Positions 62,371 through 64,000 of a DNA stretch of 64,000 nucleotides are shown here, one piece after another. Origin of the DNA: Candidatus Bathyarchaeota archaeon (GTDB lineage Archaea > Thermoproteota > Bathyarchaeia > Bathyarchaeales > Bathycorpusculaceae); assembly GCA_963717465.1 (NCBI GenBank), contig OY970340.1, positions 1,440,001-1,504,000 of the forward strand, read 5' to 3'. The notes beneath the pieces were generated by a model that saw only the letters and a list, made by a program, of their open reading frames with translations, was not told the origin of the DNA and did no database searches. Every line of letters begins with the position of its first letter. Position 1 is the stretch's first letter. The position numbers were made by a program, and so were the translations under genes.

Positions 62371-63999
62371 TTATTGCTTTGAATTACCTGCTGATTTAGA
62401 ATCAACTGCAGTTGTGGGGACTTCAGATTTAGGCTCAGCCGCAATTGTTTTATCTTTAAGCATGTTGTCCAAGAATGGTTTTAGTTTAGTGTTTTCTGCT
62501 TGTATCTTTTCTTTGCCGAGTGTTTTCATGTTGCCGTCCATTTCTTTGATTAATTCAGCGAACCTTACTCCTTCAGAAGCTGAAATGTATTCAACTCGGA
62601 ACCTTTCAGAACTCAATCCCAGCTTAGTCAACACATTCTGTAGTGTGTCTGTTCGTGCCTTCATCTCCACATTCCCACTTATATAATGGCAATCGTATGG
62701 AAGATGGCATGCTCCAATCAAAACCATGCCTGCGCCCAATCGGTAAGCTTCCAAAACAAAATTACGAGCAACTCTTCCAGAGCACATTACACGGATTACT
62801 CTTACGCTTGGCGAGTACTCAAATCTGCTTGTTCCAGCCAAGTCTGCCCCTGCATAACTGCACCAGTTACACAGGAAAGCCAAAATTTTTCCTTCAGGTT
62901 TTTCCTCAAGTGCAGCTCGAATCTGAGCCATAATCTGGGCGTCAGTGAAATGCATTTGAGTTATGGCATCACTTGGGCATTCTGCAACGCATGTTCCGCA
63001 CCCATGGCAGTTTGCAGTGGTAACTGTGGCTGCCTCGTTTTCTTTTATGGTTATGGCTTTGTATGGACATTTTTCAGCGCAAATGCCGCACTTAGCTTTT
63101 ACGTTTTTGCATTTTGTTGGGTCTACAATTGATATGAGAGGTTCAATTTTCCACGTGGGCTTCATGAGCACTGTTGCTGCCCGTGCTGCTGCGCCGCTTC
63201 CTTGCGTGACGCTTGCTGGGATATCTTTAAGTCCTTGGCAGGCTCCTGCGAAGAAAATGCCATCAGAAGCAGCGTCCATCGGCTTAAGTTTCGGGTGGCT
63301 TTCCATGAAAAACCCGTCCTGGCCTCTTGTCAAGTTAAGTATGCGAGCAACGTTTTCCGTGCCTTCTTTAGGTATCGCAGCTGTGGCTAAAACTACCATG
63401 TCAACTTCGACGTTAACCATTTTTCCAAGAACCAAATCCACCGCATTTATCGACAGGTTGTTAGTTTTTGGGTCTTCCTCAATTTCAGTCGGTACACCCT
63501 TGATGAAATTCACCCATAAATTTCTGGCTCGAGTGTAGAAATCCTCGTATCCTTTTCCTGGACTGCGAATGTCAATGTAAAAAACATAGACTTCTATGTC
63601 TTGCTTGTACTTCTCTTTAAGCTGAATCGCATGCTTTAGACTGTACATGCAGCAAAAATTGGAGCAATATGAGTATTTTCTGATGTCTCTGGATCCGACG
63701 CATTGAATGAACGCTATGCGGTCAGGTTTTTTTCCATCCGATTGCCTGATAACTTTGCCGCCTGTTGGTCCAGCAGCCAATATTAGTCTTTCAAACTCAA
63801 GCGACGTAATTACATTGGGGTATTTGCCGTAACCAAGCTGTGGCTTATCAAGCGGAAAATACACGTCATATCCAGTCGAGACTATTATCGCGCCAACATC
63901 AAACTCGACATCCTCAGGCTTCTGCTCAAAGTCAATCGCATCCCGCGAACCACAGACGTCGACGCATTTTGAACATTCGATACAGTAATCGCGATTAAT
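62371..63999 (-). CDS. hdrA: Heterodisulfide reductase HdrA-like protein fused to MvhD (5' partial)
   Basis: Frame is open to the window edge (CIECSKCVDVC); FIQCVGSRD, CSNFCC, GIFFAG, ferredoxin motifs, C-terminal MvhD FLCNWCSYAGAD..RVMCSGR..CH..DCHY. Confidence 0.92.
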   Translation of the reverse strand: MNRDYCIECSKCVDVCGSRDAIDFEQKPEDVEFDVGAIIVSTGYDVYFPLDKPQLGYGKYPNVITSLEFERLILAAGPTGGKVIRQSDGKKPDRIAFIQCVGSRDIRKYSYCSNFCCMYSLKHAIQLKEKYKQDIEVYVFYIDIRSPGKGYEDFYTRARNLWVNFIKGVPTEIEEDPKTNNLSINAVDLVLGKMVNVEVDMVVLATAAIPKEGTENVARILNLTRGQDGFFMESHPKLKPMDAASDGIFFAGACQGLKDIPASVTQGSGAAARAATVLMKPTWKIEPLISIVDPTKCKNVKAKCGICAEKCPYKAITIKENEAATVTTANCHGCGTCVAECPSDAITQMHFTDAQIMAQIRAALEEKPEGKILAFLCNWCSYAGADLAGTSRFEYSPSVRVIRVMCSGRVARNFVLEAYRLGAGMVLIGACHLPYDCHYISGNVEMKARTDTLQNVLTKLGLSSERFRVEYISASEGVRFAELIKEMDGNMKTLGKEKIQAENTKLKPFLDNMLKDKTIAAEPKSEVPTTAVDSKSAGNSKQ

Positions 64000-64000
64000 C

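Noticed and set aside
1..64000. CRISPR array, rRNA genes, transposase or integrase
   Set aside because: No regularly spaced repeats or recognisable motifs were seen by eye.

Overview
This is an archaeal chromosomal segment. Gene content (Nre with a PIP box, Cdc6/Orc1, an Elf1-like zinc ribbon, an HdrA-MvhD fusion, HTH_10 regulators, pyruvoyl arginine decarboxylase) suggests a TACK archaeon, probably Bathyarchaeia (inference). About 1-35.6 kb is a large cell-surface glycosylation locus: RmlD, five GT4 and three GT2 enzymes, four SAM methyltransferases, a Gfo/Idh/MocA + AKR-like pair, an NTP_transf_5-type nucleotidyltransferase, two dTMP-kinase-like P-loop proteins, a BNR-type propeller, several GT-C/Wzy-like membrane proteins, a DUF1616-CPBP protease-Thr-rich peptide module, an FtsX/LolD-type ABC system and an NAD-dependent epimerase. 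About 35.8-64 kb holds housekeeping and accessory genes: PflX-like radical SAM, nreA, mgtA, MFS, pdaD, a PAS histidine kinase, cdc6-wHTH-moaC-moaB-moaA, MmgE/PrpD, a methylthiotransferase, an AlkD-like protein, flavodoxin, Mrr, VapBC and a partial hdrA-mvhD. Many genes carry single-base frameshifts, most likely assembly errors. Three small genes are missing from the ORF track: a zinc-finger protein ending NMDSVGGG just after a MoaA that lacks the GG tail, a CdrS-like RHH protein behind a perfect 12-bp inverted repeat, and a 30-aa Lys-rich peptide. No rRNA, intact tRNA, CRISPR array or transposase was seen. Family calls come from motif recognition by eye; no database searches were run.
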